DNA from: Azolla caroliniana
Taxonomy: Eukaryota > Plantae > Polypodiophyta
DNA: 64,000 nucleotides
Direction of reading: 5' to 3'
Assembly: GCA_043228905.1 (NCBI GenBank)
Contig: JBHGNT010000002.1
Span: 12,710,001 to 12,774,000, forward strand
Shown here: piece by piece, positions 26,201 through 38,500 of the stretch
Layout of the letters: each line of letters opens with the position of its first letter
Numbering within the stretch: the stretch's first letter is position 1
Program-made: the position numbers and the translations under genes
The notes under the pieces: model-generated
The model's database searches: none
The model's input: only the letters and a program-made list of their open reading frames with translations
Told to the model about the DNA's origin: nothing

Positions 26201-26495
26201 AGAGGTTGTTGCCTCTATTGTAACCGCCACCTGTGGAGAAGATAGCAAGCTCGAGGTCGTTGCCTTAGTGCTCTACTATTGTACATTCTGATATAGTGAT
26301 AGTTTGCAGTCTGTGGGATGTCGTGGTTTTTCCCTAGTTTGGGTTTTCCACGTTAACATCCTGTGTACTCTTCTCTTCACTGCGTCGTGCGTTCATTATC
26401 TGTTTTCTGTGTTTTATCCTAGGCTCGGTTGTGGCCGAGCATTGTTCATCGGGAGTGTGTGTTCTTGTCAGTTTTCAAGGGTCAATTTCCACAAC
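24273..26495 (+). mobile_element. Ty1/copia, 5'-truncated (RT, RNase H, PPT, 3' LTR ~25745-26495), related to 48006-58835
   Basis: LLYVDDML and RTKHIQRRYHWIRE; PPT GAAGGGGGAG then TGTTAGG at 25745. The U3 has ~41-bp tandem repeats (25779-25960). Confidence 0.9.
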
Positions 26496-26930
26496 CTCCA
26501 TGCACAAGCTTTAATGAACCTCTCTAGTCAAAAAATTTCCTCGCTAGAAGATTATGTTCACCATGCTAGAACCCAAATTCAAAAATCGGGTCTAGAAGGG
26601 GACAATTGGTTGATAGCTTGTTTTGACAGTGGCATCCCCAAATTGGACTATCACTGGATAGTGCACGATAAGGATCCAAAATCCTTTGAAGAGGCCGTTC
26701 TTCGTTATCAATGCACTTCGAAGAAGGACCATAACAAACCCCAAGCACCTGGGACTAAGCAATTACAATTCGTTGGGAAATGCAAGACACCCAACAAATT
26801 CATGGATCACGATTGTAAGTGACAAAATCCTTTTTCCATGTTCTCCAAAAAGAAGGGTCATATGAAAGAGTAATGTCGAAAGCTCCTACGGAAAGAGCAC
26901 GACAATAAAACCAAAGGTGCAGATCATAAA
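26496..26930 (+). pseudogene. Gag-like fragment with a degenerate zinc knuckle
   Basis: DPKSFEEAV, then SKKKGHMKE*CRK. Confidence 0.5.
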
Positions 26931-26934
26931 GGTC

Positions 26935-28829
26935 AGATTCTTGATGTCCTTTAGGTCTATACACATAATTTGGCCTTCTCTCCGTCCTCTGGCTATGAGT
27001 TGGTCATTCTTTTTTATGAAGCAACCCCTATTGTTGAAGCGGACTTGCATGCCTTACTCCACGATTTGGCTAACCGAGACCAAATTTTTTGTTATTGTGT
27101 GGTGGTGTCGTCTCCTGTTTCCATGTAGTCGGGTCGATTGGGTGTGCGCAAGTCACAAAACCACTCTTCGTGGGATGTCATGTGATTTGAGGTGCCCGAG
27201 TGGACGAACCATACTTCTTCTGATGGAGATGCGCTAGCTGAACCGGATGCCGACATACTGTTCACTTTGTGCCTCATGACGGACATGCCTCCGTAGTCTT
27301 TGAATTCGGAGTTAGTGGCGTAATTGATGACATACTAACTTGTGGAAGCCGAATCGCTTCTCTTTTTTTTGCACTCCTCTTTGCGGTGGTCGTTCTTACC
27401 ACAATAATTGAAAGTAATAGGCCTGACTTGCCAACTCTGTTCCACATGAAAACTCCCCCTTCTTCCGAAGGTTCCTCATGTATTTCCGTTTTCTTGTCGA
27501 AGGGTCGAGTTATTTTCATGATGCCAACCGATTCAGCCTCCTCTACCTTGACCAAACCGACCTCTTCCAGCTCGACCACGTCTTCAATCACCTTTCGAAT
27601 TCAAAAATAATATTTGTCCTTCCAATGTCTTTCTCTTTGTTCTCACATGGTTCTCTTTGACCAATAACATGGATTGAAGGTCAAAGAATGAGGGAGGGTT
27701 CTCCCTCACTAAGATTGTCGTCCTTATTGGGTCGAACCATTGTGGGAGGCCACCCAAGCACACTTGCAACATCTCATCTTCTTCAATGTTTATGTTGATG
27801 GAGTTGAGTGAGTCATAGATGTTCTTGATTTTTCTCGTGTAGTCTAACACAACCATGTCTTTTTGTCAGATGTTGTTAAAACTCTTGTTGGAGTTGAAGC
27901 TTGCGGGCGGTCGTGTTTGCAACGAAGATTCATCTCAAACTCTGCCACACTTCTTTAGACGTCTTCGCATCACGAACGTGACAGAGCATATGATCATGGA
28001 CACATGTTACCAAACAATACATCACCCAACTCCCCCTTGCTCCCATGTTGAGTAGTTGGCGTTTGTGATGTCGGGTTTGTTTTCGAGTGCATTGTCGATA
28101 TAGCTCCAATACCCTTGACCGACTAGGTATTGGTTCATCTTGTACTCCCAATATGAGAAATTACTACGGTCTAGCTTTTCTCTAGGGAATGAGCTGCCCA
28201 TTTGTGCATTCATGTTGTTGTAGTGTCTTCCTTTTGGCTTTTCTTTCCTCGGTTACATACTCGTGCAATGTAGCGGCACTGCGGTAGCGGATAGCCGGAT
28301 TTGTCGTCGGTGTCTCAAACACACAATCACTATGAATCGGGTGGGCTTAGTAGACCTACTAAACCAAACGCTCTGATACCATGTTAATAATTAGATGATT
28401 AACTAAGGGTTAATTAGTATCTAATTATGTGAATATTTAATCACGTTTGTGATTAAGTTGCAAAAGATTATGTGATATGTGTGTGTGAGAAAGAAGGAGA
28501 GGAAGTCACACTTGAGTGAAGGATGATGGACAAGTGTAGCACAAGCTCTTACTTATATTAAAAAGATATCATCAAGTTACCAAAATACCCACAATGAGGT
28601 ATATATACATCTCATGTGCAAAGGTGCACATGTGTGAGAAGAATATGAGTACAAGGGTGTAAGCCCTACATTAAATGAGCTCGATAGTGGGGAATCTAGA
28701 GATCTCCCACTTAAATAGTAGGAACAAAATCCTTTATAGTCAACATTTGAAATAGATTCTATTTATGTAACTACTACGTTACATGGTTGACTAAAACTAC
28801 TAGACCTAGTTGAGCTTGATATCTCAACA
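26935..28829 (-). mobile_element. Ty1/copia 5' part (5' LTR 28382-28829, tRNA-Met PBS, gag, protease)
   Basis: TG..CA LTR; PBS TGGTATCAGAG at 28371-28381; EKLDRSNFSYWEYKMNQYL and WFVHSGTSNHMT. Confidence 0.85.
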
Positions 28830-29123
28830 AGTATCTAAGCAACTCAAGGACTATTACGAATGAGTTATATATGTTATAGTAAATCTCCATGGGGTGCACT
28901 TGTTCTCTTGTTAGAAAAGAGAGAGGGCACATGGTGTATGTGTATTAATTACCGATGCTTGAATAAAGTGATGATCAAGAATTCATATCCATTGCCCCGG
29001 GTTGACGATCTAATTGACTGTCTCCAAGGAGCTCGATAGTTTACAAAACTTGATCTTTGTACGGACTACCATCAAATTCGTATAAGTGAGGAAGATGTTC
29101 ATAAAATGACATTTCGTATGCGT
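28830..29123 (+). mobile_element. Ty3/gypsy RT fragment
   Basis: Hand translation: [48 protein letters not shown]. Confidence 0.85.
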
Positions 29124-32100
29124 TGTCGTGGGGAATTCTAGCCATAAGGTGAAACTCCACCGAATGCGTGTGAACGAGGATGTGCAAGCACACGCATAAA
29201 CAAAGACCAATGTACAAAGAGATGTACATATAAATAGAGTATTAAAGTAGTAGGTATAGTAGTTAATGGGTACTTTATGTCCCACACGGATGGAGAGGAA
29301 TAAAGGGGATTGATGGGAGAAGATCGGAGAGGGAATCGAGGAATGAAAGCGGTTATCTTAACAGCTTGATGTAACGGTCTCTCTCTCCTTGAGCTGTAAA
29401 AGGAGAGAGAGAAGACAGAGAGGAGGATCCACGTTTTTGGAGGCCGAAGTGTTGCCGGTTTTGGGGTTAGGAGCTCTACCGATTTCTTGTGTTGCTCTGT
29501 GTATTCATGAGGAAGGAAGGTGAGGCCTCTACTTGCATAGGAAGCCCGTGTGCTCTTGACTAGAGGCTCTACCGGTTTTGGGGTTAGGAGCTCTGCCGAT
29601 TTCTTGTGCTGCTCTGTGTATTCCTGAGGAAGGTGAGGCCTCTACTCGCGTAGGAAGCCCGTATGCGCTTGACCAAAGGCTCATCGTTTCTGTGTGTGTG
29701 TGTGTGTGTGTGTTTGTTGAGCTCGGAGATCTGTCATCGACGTAGTCCGGTTGTAATCTCTCTTTCCTACGATTAACCATTGATATTTGTTGTGATCTTT
29801 CCCCCTTGTTGGGCATCCTCGTTTCTGTTTTTTGTTCTTTCTCATGATCTTTGATTCTCTGAGCCTGTGTGCTCGTCATCCGGAATCCAATGACAGGTCT
29901 GGATAGAACTGCCTTGTAGGCCCGTGCGTTATGAAGGAATTCAACTATTCTCTCTCCCTATCTCTCTATATATTTGGTTCCTTGGTTCAAAGCTCCGGTG
30001 GTTCTGCCTTGATCCTACACGCACCCGCGGAATACCGCGGCATTATTAGTGAACCCAACGTGAAAGGGGAAGTGAACTTACGAAGGCGATGGCAGTGGCC
30101 GTCGATCGTATAACGAATGTGCGGGAGAGCACAGGTGGCCTCGACAGGGCCATTGAAACGATAGTTGACATGATAGGCCGATTTAATGGGAAGGACATGA
30201 CAAGCTACTTGGAGGCCTACCGGGCCGAAATGATAATGAGGGATATCCTAGAGGACTAACGATTGTCCGGATTCCCTCGGGTAGTGACGTCGAGCATCCA
30301 CGCAGAGGTGCTCGAGATACAGGTTGATTGCTAGAACTGGTTGGAGCTCGAGGAGCAACTCCTCAAGAGGTACGGCTTCGATGACTCACTCCGGTTGTCG
30401 AAGAGGCGTTCATGGAGTGGGTCAAGCTCCCCGGCAAAGACCGGAACATATCGGTGCTTCTCCATGAATTTGAGAAGCATTTTGCACGCCTTTCGGCATT
30501 GGACCAAACCGTGCTCGACACGAGTAGGGTCTTGCTATTTATCAAGTCAGTTAATCTGCTTGATCAGGAGAAGGTGGGTCTCCTATTGGAGACGGATGAG
30601 GGACTCACGACCAATTGGGCTGTGGTCAAGAGAGTTTGTGGCCGTTTTGACAAAGGGTGGGAATGGAATGACGTGGGGTCGTCAGCAGTTGGCTCGACTG
30701 CCGGGAAAAGGGCGGAGGAGATTCCGACTCGGTCGGAGGAAACAAGAAGGTGGTTTGAGTTGGGGCCTGATTCGACCAACGTGATCAAATGATCTACCGG
30801 GGGCCACAACTTTGGAGGAGCTGACGAAGATGGTGCGTGATCTCCAGATCGCACAAACCCAGAGAGATGGTGGGTGTCAGTCGCATGACTAGAGGCCTCT
30901 AAATGACCAGAGGTGCATGTGGTGCGATGCCGTTGACCACATCTGGAGAGAGTGCACCAATTTCGCCGAAGCACTAAAGAACAATATCGTTTACCTATGG
31001 AATGGACGGGTACACGCGAGCGACACGCGAAGGCCCCTCGAGGTGAACACCGGACGAGGTGGCATGAAGAGGATGATGGAGAAGGCCGTGACCTGAAACG
31101 ATGAGGCCATTCATTGCTCAGTTTTGACAGGGATCCGGGTAGGCGGAGAGAAGGGCATCGATTCTGGAAGTGGTGTCGGATTCTGACTGCTTGTGCTAGA
31201 GGGTTTATCCGGAGTGAGGCTGAGGAAGGAAGAGGCAGATTGTGCGGAGAGGCGGGTCCAAGAAGGCACTAGATGGAACGATTCAGTTGAAGAGATAACC
31301 GGATTCGTGGAAGCCGTGTGACAGAACTACGAGTTTCTGGTTGAAGACAAGCGGGTTAGGAAGGCCGGAGGAGCCGGACCTTCGAACCAATACGACACTT
31401 GGAGCGGACCGAAGAAAAATGACGGGGGTTCGGCTGGCTCATAGGAGAAGACAAAGTTCCCAAGCTTCCGATTGAGCTTGGAGATCGAGAAGACGATAGA
31501 CTTGCGGAAGGTTTTAGAGGAGCGGATCCTCGATAACAGGATGGAACTCTCGTTAAGAGAAGTACTGGGAATTGCAAAGAAAGAGTTCCACGACTCGATC
31601 ATTGAACTCATGAAGAGGAAGCAGCTCTTGACGGAGCCGGAGCCAGAGAAGTCGATCAAGGTGAAGGCTGCCCACATCAAAGAAGTGGCGATGGGCGAGG
31701 ATACTTTTACCAACAACCATTACATGAAGCCATACTAGGAGAGAGCAACCACAGAGACGCCGGTTCGGGTCGGCGATATCAAGGACCCGGTGGTGGCATT
31801 GATTCACCACGGCTCAGAGATCAATTTGATGTCCATGGACTTCTATAAAAAGGGGAAGTGGTCAATCAACACGAAGCATGGGTGGAAGACACGCGCGACG
31901 ACCTGCGCAACGAAGGAGCTTCATGGTGCATCCTCGAACATCCAGGTGAAGGTTGGGGATGTCGAAATAGACCAACGTTTCTTCATGCAGGAGATGTTGT
32001 CGCATCCGGTCATCCTCAATGAGCCCTACATCACGTCGACCCAGATGGAAACAAAGGTGTTGGACAATGGTTTAGCCTATGCGTGGGTAAAAAGTCAGGA

Positions 32101-32677
32101 AAATTGGCACTCTGTCCAATTCCTTACAATCCAACCGAACCACGAGCGGAACAGGAACTCTCTTGGTGGCGAAAGTCGAGAGGATTTTTGAAGAGGGCTA
32201 TCAAGGCGTGGGGCCGTGATAGTCCGGACGTCTAGAAAAATCCCCACACTTGTACAATAGGTAGGAAATTTTGGCCCTTTGTTAATGGAGGTTGTACCAT
32301 TGCTAGCATCAGTGGTCGGGAAAATGCAGAGCCTTGGGCCTTGACGATGAGATTAATGGCACTGTGGAGGTGGTCTCATTCAATGACACCCTCTAGGAGA
32401 TCAGGAGGGTGATCGGCGCGGGCCTGAACGAAGACCAGATGATTCCGGTTAATTCCATCGAAATGTATGAAGTCACTGCAGACTTCGTATCGGGTCAGGT
32501 TGGATAGCCCGACTCGACACCAAGTACAAGACTATGGACTGGAAGGTGAGGCCTGACGGGGCACCTTTATCGGAGGATAGTTGGAAGCGGATGAAAGGGG
32601 TCGTTACCGACCCGAGCTTACGAGATCCGGTCGGCATAGGTCACCGGTTCTCCAACGAGACACGACAGAAGTTGAAG
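29124..32677 (+). mobile_element. Ty3/gypsy element A (5' LTR ~29124-29895, gag, protease, start of pol), truncated
   Basis: LTR TGTCGTG..ATGACA; CMWCDAVDHIWREC knuckle; ALIHHGSEINLM protease; homologous to 35550-36800. Confidence 0.85.
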
Positions 32678-32691
32678 TTCTAATCAAGGGA

Positions 32692-32741
32692 TTTGACTTC
32701 TAATCAAGGGATTGTGGGTTCGTGTCCCACCGGGCGTGCCA
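32692..32741 (+). other. Reverse-transcribed copy of tRNA-Arg(UCU) positions ~27-76 including CCA; not a tRNA gene
   Basis: TTTGA-CTTCTAA-TCAAG-GGATT-GTGGG-TTCGTGT-CCCAC-CGGGCGT-G-CCA; no D arm and no 5' acceptor strand. Confidence 0.85.
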
Positions 32742-32743
32742 TA

Positions 32744-35449
32744 TGTGTTACCCCGTACGAGTTGTACGGAGAGTCAAGTGTGATGAGCGAGGGTCGAATA
32801 TTATCATGATGATGTTGTATATGTGTAGGGAACATAAATGTAATTGTGAGTTGATATGTATGTGAACACATGCACACGTGTGTGCATGTGGAGGGATACG
32901 ATGAGGTGTGAGTGAGTGTCCAGTATGAATGCTCTATGGAGCTTACACCCCTTTGTAACTACCCCCTCTTGTACTATTTAACCCCTTATGGGGAATGAAT
33001 GAAGAATGAACCATTTTCTCTCCTAATCTCTCTCTTGTCATCCCACTTTCTCTCTCTCTCCCCCTCAACGTTGAATCCCCTTGGGAGGGGGGTGGAGCCA
33101 TTCTAGGCACCACCCCCCACCCCGCAATGCTTCTCTATGCTTCTCTATACGATCTCTCATCATCATGCTCTTCATCATCCTCATCATGACCACCATGTCT
33201 ATCTTTATCATTCATCATCCTTAACCCTAACCCTAAAAGCTACAACACCTTTTGGCGACCACTACGGCGACCCCCCTTTGGAAACGGAGTCAAAGAATGA
33301 TACGCGGTGATGAAGGCCATAGCGAAGGCCATAACGACATATTTGTGTGAGTACAGGAAATGACAATGCGATGAAAGAATTCATGAATGGAACGGTGTTT
33401 ATGTAAGGTTGCGATTGGTGTCCATGTACGTGTTTCCGAATGCGGTTAGTGACAATGTGCGTGTTCGAAGCGTGGTGCAAGATGCACGGCTGGACAAACA
33501 GCGACGCAAAGAGAACCGGTGCAAGCACGACCGGTAAGAGAAGCCCACCAGGAGACTGCGGTGGAAAAGACGCAGTGTGTGGAGCGGAGGCCGGCAGGAT
33601 GTGCTGAGAGTGCACGAGAGATGGTTCCAGACGAAGCAACGCAGAAAGAGTCGAAACCGGAATCGGAGCAAGAACCAGACTTGGTTCACATCGAATGGCC
33701 ATAGAAGACGGAGAAGGAGATGCAAAAGCAGACCAGACATCGAGGACCAGAGACACCAGAAAGCCACGAGCAAACCCTAGGTCGAATACCGGACGAGACT
33801 AACAATGGCGACCATGGGGCAACATTGCCGGACAGAAGGCACACAGGCACCGGACAGGGACGATAGGGAAGCCGGTATCACCGGATAGAAGCGGAAGAGC
33901 GGTCGACAGCACCAAGATAGATAGAGATGGAGGTGAAGCCGGAAAAGCTCCGACCGGAGAGCGACCGAAGAGCAGTTGGAGTGGCTGAATGGCGCCGGAC
34001 CGAGCTACGACCGAAACAATGACAAAGAACAAACAGACGCGGTGGGATATGCGTCCGAATAGAGGCGGCCAATCACAAAGCGATGGTGACAAACAGAGAC
34101 TGACCGGAATGGGCCGGACAAATGAACAGAATGTCCGGGACCGAAGGGTCGTTGACATCAATACCAAAAGCGCTACGGAGATAGAGAAATAGACAGACGA
34201 CCAGACACCGACAGAGACGGAAGAGCGACCTAAGAGCGGTCGTAGTGGCCGAACGACGTCGGAATGGAGGTTGCCGGACAAGGACGACATCAGCGGTCGG
34301 AGATGGCCACGACGGCCAAACAATGGCCGAGGAGCGACCGCAACATCTAGAATAGCCGAACAGTGGTCGGAGTGGCCAGACGGGCTGGACAAAGAACCGC
34401 CAAACAACGGCCGGAATGGGACGACGATCGGACAACGGATGGCCAGACAACAACCAGTGGATGAATAGAGAGACAGAGACCTCGGAAGAGCCGACAACCA
34501 CCACAGGCGCAGACCTAACAGGAGGCCGACGGGATGCGTCAAAACAAAGGAAGAAATACGAAGAAAATAAGAAGAAACAGAAACAGAGAAGCAAGAAAGC
34601 GATAGGCATAGAAGAAGATGGAGAAATAGAAAGAGGAAGAAGAAAACAGGAAACGACAGGGAGTAGAAGGATGGGAAGCAACGGACAATGGACATAGCAG
34701 TGGTGAATGAAGAAGAGAAAGAAGAAGATGATGCAGTCTGAGAAACAGAAAGAAGAGACAGAAAGAAGAGAGAGAAAGGCATACACGGAAGAATAAGGAA
34801 GAACGGGAAGAAAGAATGAGGAAGAAGAAAGCAGGCGAGAAAGAAAGAAAGAAGTAGTAACAGAAATGGAAAAGAAGAGGGAAAGAAGAGAAGGAAAGAA
34901 GAAAGATGAGGGTATATAAGAAAATTTTAAAAATCAAAGGGCACCTATGAAATTTTGAAATCTCATCTACCTAAAGAAATGGACGTGATCGACCATGACA
35001 ACTCACAAAATCAACAAAGAATAACATACATGCACACAACATTTTTAAGGACCCGAAAGAGGATACCAAAGTTCGTAAGACGACAGAATGAGAATGTTCG
35101 TGTCGCGGAAAAGTCGCTGACCGATGGAGATGATCGAGTCAAGCGCTCCGATCGAGGGAGTCGATCGTTGAAAGGACCGATGGAAGTTCCGGTCGAAGAG
35201 ATATCATCATCAAGGCATGTGGGATCGACGTGCAACACACTTTCCCACGGGCGTGCCATATGTGTTACCCCGTACGAGTTGTATGGAGAGTCAAGTGTGA
35301 TGAGCGAGGGTCGAATATTATCATGATGATGTTGTATATGTGTAGGGAACATAAATGTAATTGTGAGTTGATATGTATGTGAACACATGCACACGTGTGT
35401 GCATGTGGAGGGATACGATGAGGTGTGAGTGAGTGTCCAGCCCCACCGA
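32744..35449 (-). mobile_element. Non-autonomous LTR retroelement (3' LTR 32744-33247, partial 5' LTR 35261-35440, tRNA-Arg PBS 35243-35258)
   Basis: The LTR copies differ at about 1 of 180 compared bases; PBS TGGCACGCCCGTGGGA; ~2-kb internal region with no gag/pol motifs. Confidence 0.8.
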
Positions 35450-35549
35450 NNNNNNNNNNNNNNNNNNNNNNNNNNNNNNNNNNNNNNNNNNNNNNNNNNN
35501 NNNNNNNNNNNNNNNNNNNNNNNNNNNNNNNNNNNNNNNNNNNNNNNNN
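35450..35549. other. Assembly gap (100 N)
   Basis: Run of N. Confidence 1.
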
Positions 35550-38500
35550 AGCTAAGGTCGGACATAGAGCAGACGACGGACCTAAAGAAGATTCTCGAAG
35601 AACGAGTTCTTGATAGCCACGTAACTTTGTCCTTGAGGGAATTGCTTGGCATTACGAAGAAGGAGTTCCATGACACGATCGTGGACCTTGTAAAGAGAAA
35701 GAGACAACAATCGGACGAGGAAGAAGAGAAGCCGCAGAAAGCAAAAACGAATGCCATAACTATGGCAAGAGACGAAATCGATGAAGATATGGTGGACAGC
35801 CACTACACTCGACCTCATTGGGCACGAGCGACAACGGAGACGCCGGTGAAGATCGGGGAGAAGAAAGAGACTGTCGTAGCCTTGATCGACCACGGCTCGG
35901 AGATCAACCTCATGTTAACCGACTTCTACAAAAAGGGAAGATGGCCAGTCAATACAAACCACGGATGGAAGATTCGCGCGGCAACAAAGTCTACGGAGGA
36001 CTTGTACGGAGCTTGTCCCAATGTCAAAGTCACGATTGGGGATGTGGAGATGGATCAACACTTCTTCGTACAAGAATCGGCGTCGCATCCTGTCATCCTA
36101 GGGCAACCTTATATCACATCATCTCGGATGGAGACCAAAGTGTTTGATAATGGAGCAGCCTTCGCACGAATAAAGAGTCTTGACAACCAAAGATCGGTCC
36201 AATTCCTAACAGTGCGAGCCAATCATGAAAGGAATCGAGATAGTCTCGGAGGCGAATCCTCGGATTTTTAGAGCGGACTATTGAAGCATGGGGCACAAAT
36301 AGTCCGAGCAATCACAAGACCCCACAAGAAAGAAGAATGCGTGGATTGCAAGGAGAAGCAACATGTGTCACACCTAGTGGCGCATGTAAACTAGTACTAC
36401 CCGACAAGAAGCACAAGCGCCGGATACAAGAATTCGAGAAGATGCTGAAAGAAGAGAACATAATAGAAGAAGGAGAGTTCGTGACTCATATTATGGAAGA
36501 AGCCTCATTTAACGACACCATCGGCGAAATCGAGGACGTCGTGGACTTGAGCTATCTTCATAACCAACGGGTGATTTCGGTTAACTCCGTCAACATGTAC
36601 GCTATCATCGATGAATACCGTCGTGGCATCTCGATGAATGAAGCTGACATCAACACGAAATATAAAACAGTGGATAAGAAGATCAAGCCAGTTGCGGTTC
36701 CGCTACCGGAAGATAGCTGGCAAAAGATGAAGGAAGTCGCTAATGATCCAAGCTTAAGAGATCCGAAGAAGATAGGTCATGACTTCACCAAAGAGACGAA
36801 GGGGAAACTACGAGTTGGAAAGGAGGATTTCCTTCTCCCTGAAGAGGAGCGAATGTTTCCCGATATGCTTGAGAGACATGGGAAGGCTTTCGCATTCTTC
36901 CCACGAGAAATCGGATGCGCCGACCCAAAGGTTATAGAGCCAATGGTGATCTTCACGGTGCCTCATGTGCCTTGGAATTTGAAACCGATACCGGTTCCGA
37001 GAGCACACCTTCCGAAGCTGATCGAGCTCTTAAAGGAGAAGGTGAGTATGGGAATTCTAGAACCGTCGAATGCTCCTTATTCCAATAGGTGGTTCACGGT
37101 GCCGAAGAAGAATGGATCATTGCGATTCATCCAAGATCTTCAACCCGTCAACAAGGTGACAATTCGAAATGCCGGAATCGGTCCGAGCGTGGACGAATTT
37201 GCCTAAGCGTTTGCGGGCCGGTCCATCTACTCCATTGGCGATCTCTACTCCGGATATGACCAATTCCAGTTGGCGATCGACAGTCGGGACATTACAACCA
37301 TGAGGACTCCGATCGGGCTTGTGCGGATGTATACCTTACCCCAAGGCGCAACGAACTCGGTGGCTCATATGGTGAATGCCATGAATAAAGTCTTGAAGGA
37401 TTGCATTCCGGACATCACGATGCCATTCTTGGATGATATTCCGATAAAAGGATGTTCAGATGAGGAGAAAGATGAATCGAAAGATAAGGAAGGTTGTAGA
37501 AAGTTCGTTGCGGATCATATGAAAGATTGCGAGAAGGTGCTTCAAAGGCTCGAAGATGCGAATTTGACATTTTCGGGAGAAAAATCCGCATTCGGGCAAC
37601 CGGAGATCTTGGTGGTAGGTCACTTGTGTGGAGCATACGGCCAGAAGCCCTCGCCATCCAAAGTGAACGCAATCCAAGACATGAAAGAAGAATGCGAAAA
37701 CCAAACGGAGGTTCGAAGGTTCTTTGGAGCGTGCGCATTTTATCATATATGGATTCCTCACTACGCTCATGTCGCCGAACCGTTATATGGACTACTAAAG
37801 AAAAGAATAAAGTTCGAATGGCGAGACGAGCACACAGAGGCGATGCGAAGATTAAAGAAACTGCTTCTTGAAGCTCCGGCACTAAGGAAGGCCGACTATG
37901 CCGAAGGGAAACCAATTTATGTGACCATAGATACGAGCCCAACCGGAATCGGGTGGGTCATCAATCAAGAAGGTGAAGATAATGCGCGATATGCCGTCCG
38001 GTTCGGAGCAAAGGTTCTCAGCGAACGACAACAAAGATATGCCCAAGTCAAGCGGGAACTTTGGGGTATTGTGTCGGCAGTGAAGACGGACAAAGATTAC
38101 CTGATCGGATCAGAAGTGATAATAGAGACAGATTGTCTCCCAATTCTCGGAATGGTCTCGGGATGTGCGACCCCAGATCTTGCTATGCTAAGGTGAATCG
38201 CCTACATCAAGTCTTTAAACCCAGAGATCCGTCACATCGCAGGGAAGAAGAACGCCATGGCTGACATGCTGTCGAGGGCAAGATTTTCAAATGGAAGTAA
38301 CATGGTTTCGGAAGATGAAGATGTCGCCCTCGACTTCTTCAAGATGGCTCGATTGTCGGCGGAAGACCAGGACACGCAAACCCTCCACGCCTTCAACGAG
38401 AACGAGTACGAAGGAGAATGGTTACTCATCGGTAGATTCCTAAGAACATTGACGACAGATGCTTCGTTGACAAAGGAGGAGGCCCTACCGAATTCCACGA

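Noticed and set aside
32692-32741. Functional tRNA-Arg gene
   Set aside because: The 5' third is missing, CCA is encoded, position 58 is T, and it abuts an LTR.
33222-33237. TAACCCTAACCCTAAA as a telomeric insertion
   Set aside because: Two units only, inside an LTR; telo-box-like motifs are common there.
33799-34937. 327-, 237- and 132-aa minus-strand ORFs as genes or env
   Set aside because: Overlapping S/L/F-rich frames produced by pyrimidine bias, with no motifs.
35011-36271. ORFs spanning the N run, and continuity of gypsy A with gypsy B
   Set aside because: The gap length is nominal, and A and B both contain the protease region in diverged form, so they are separate copies.
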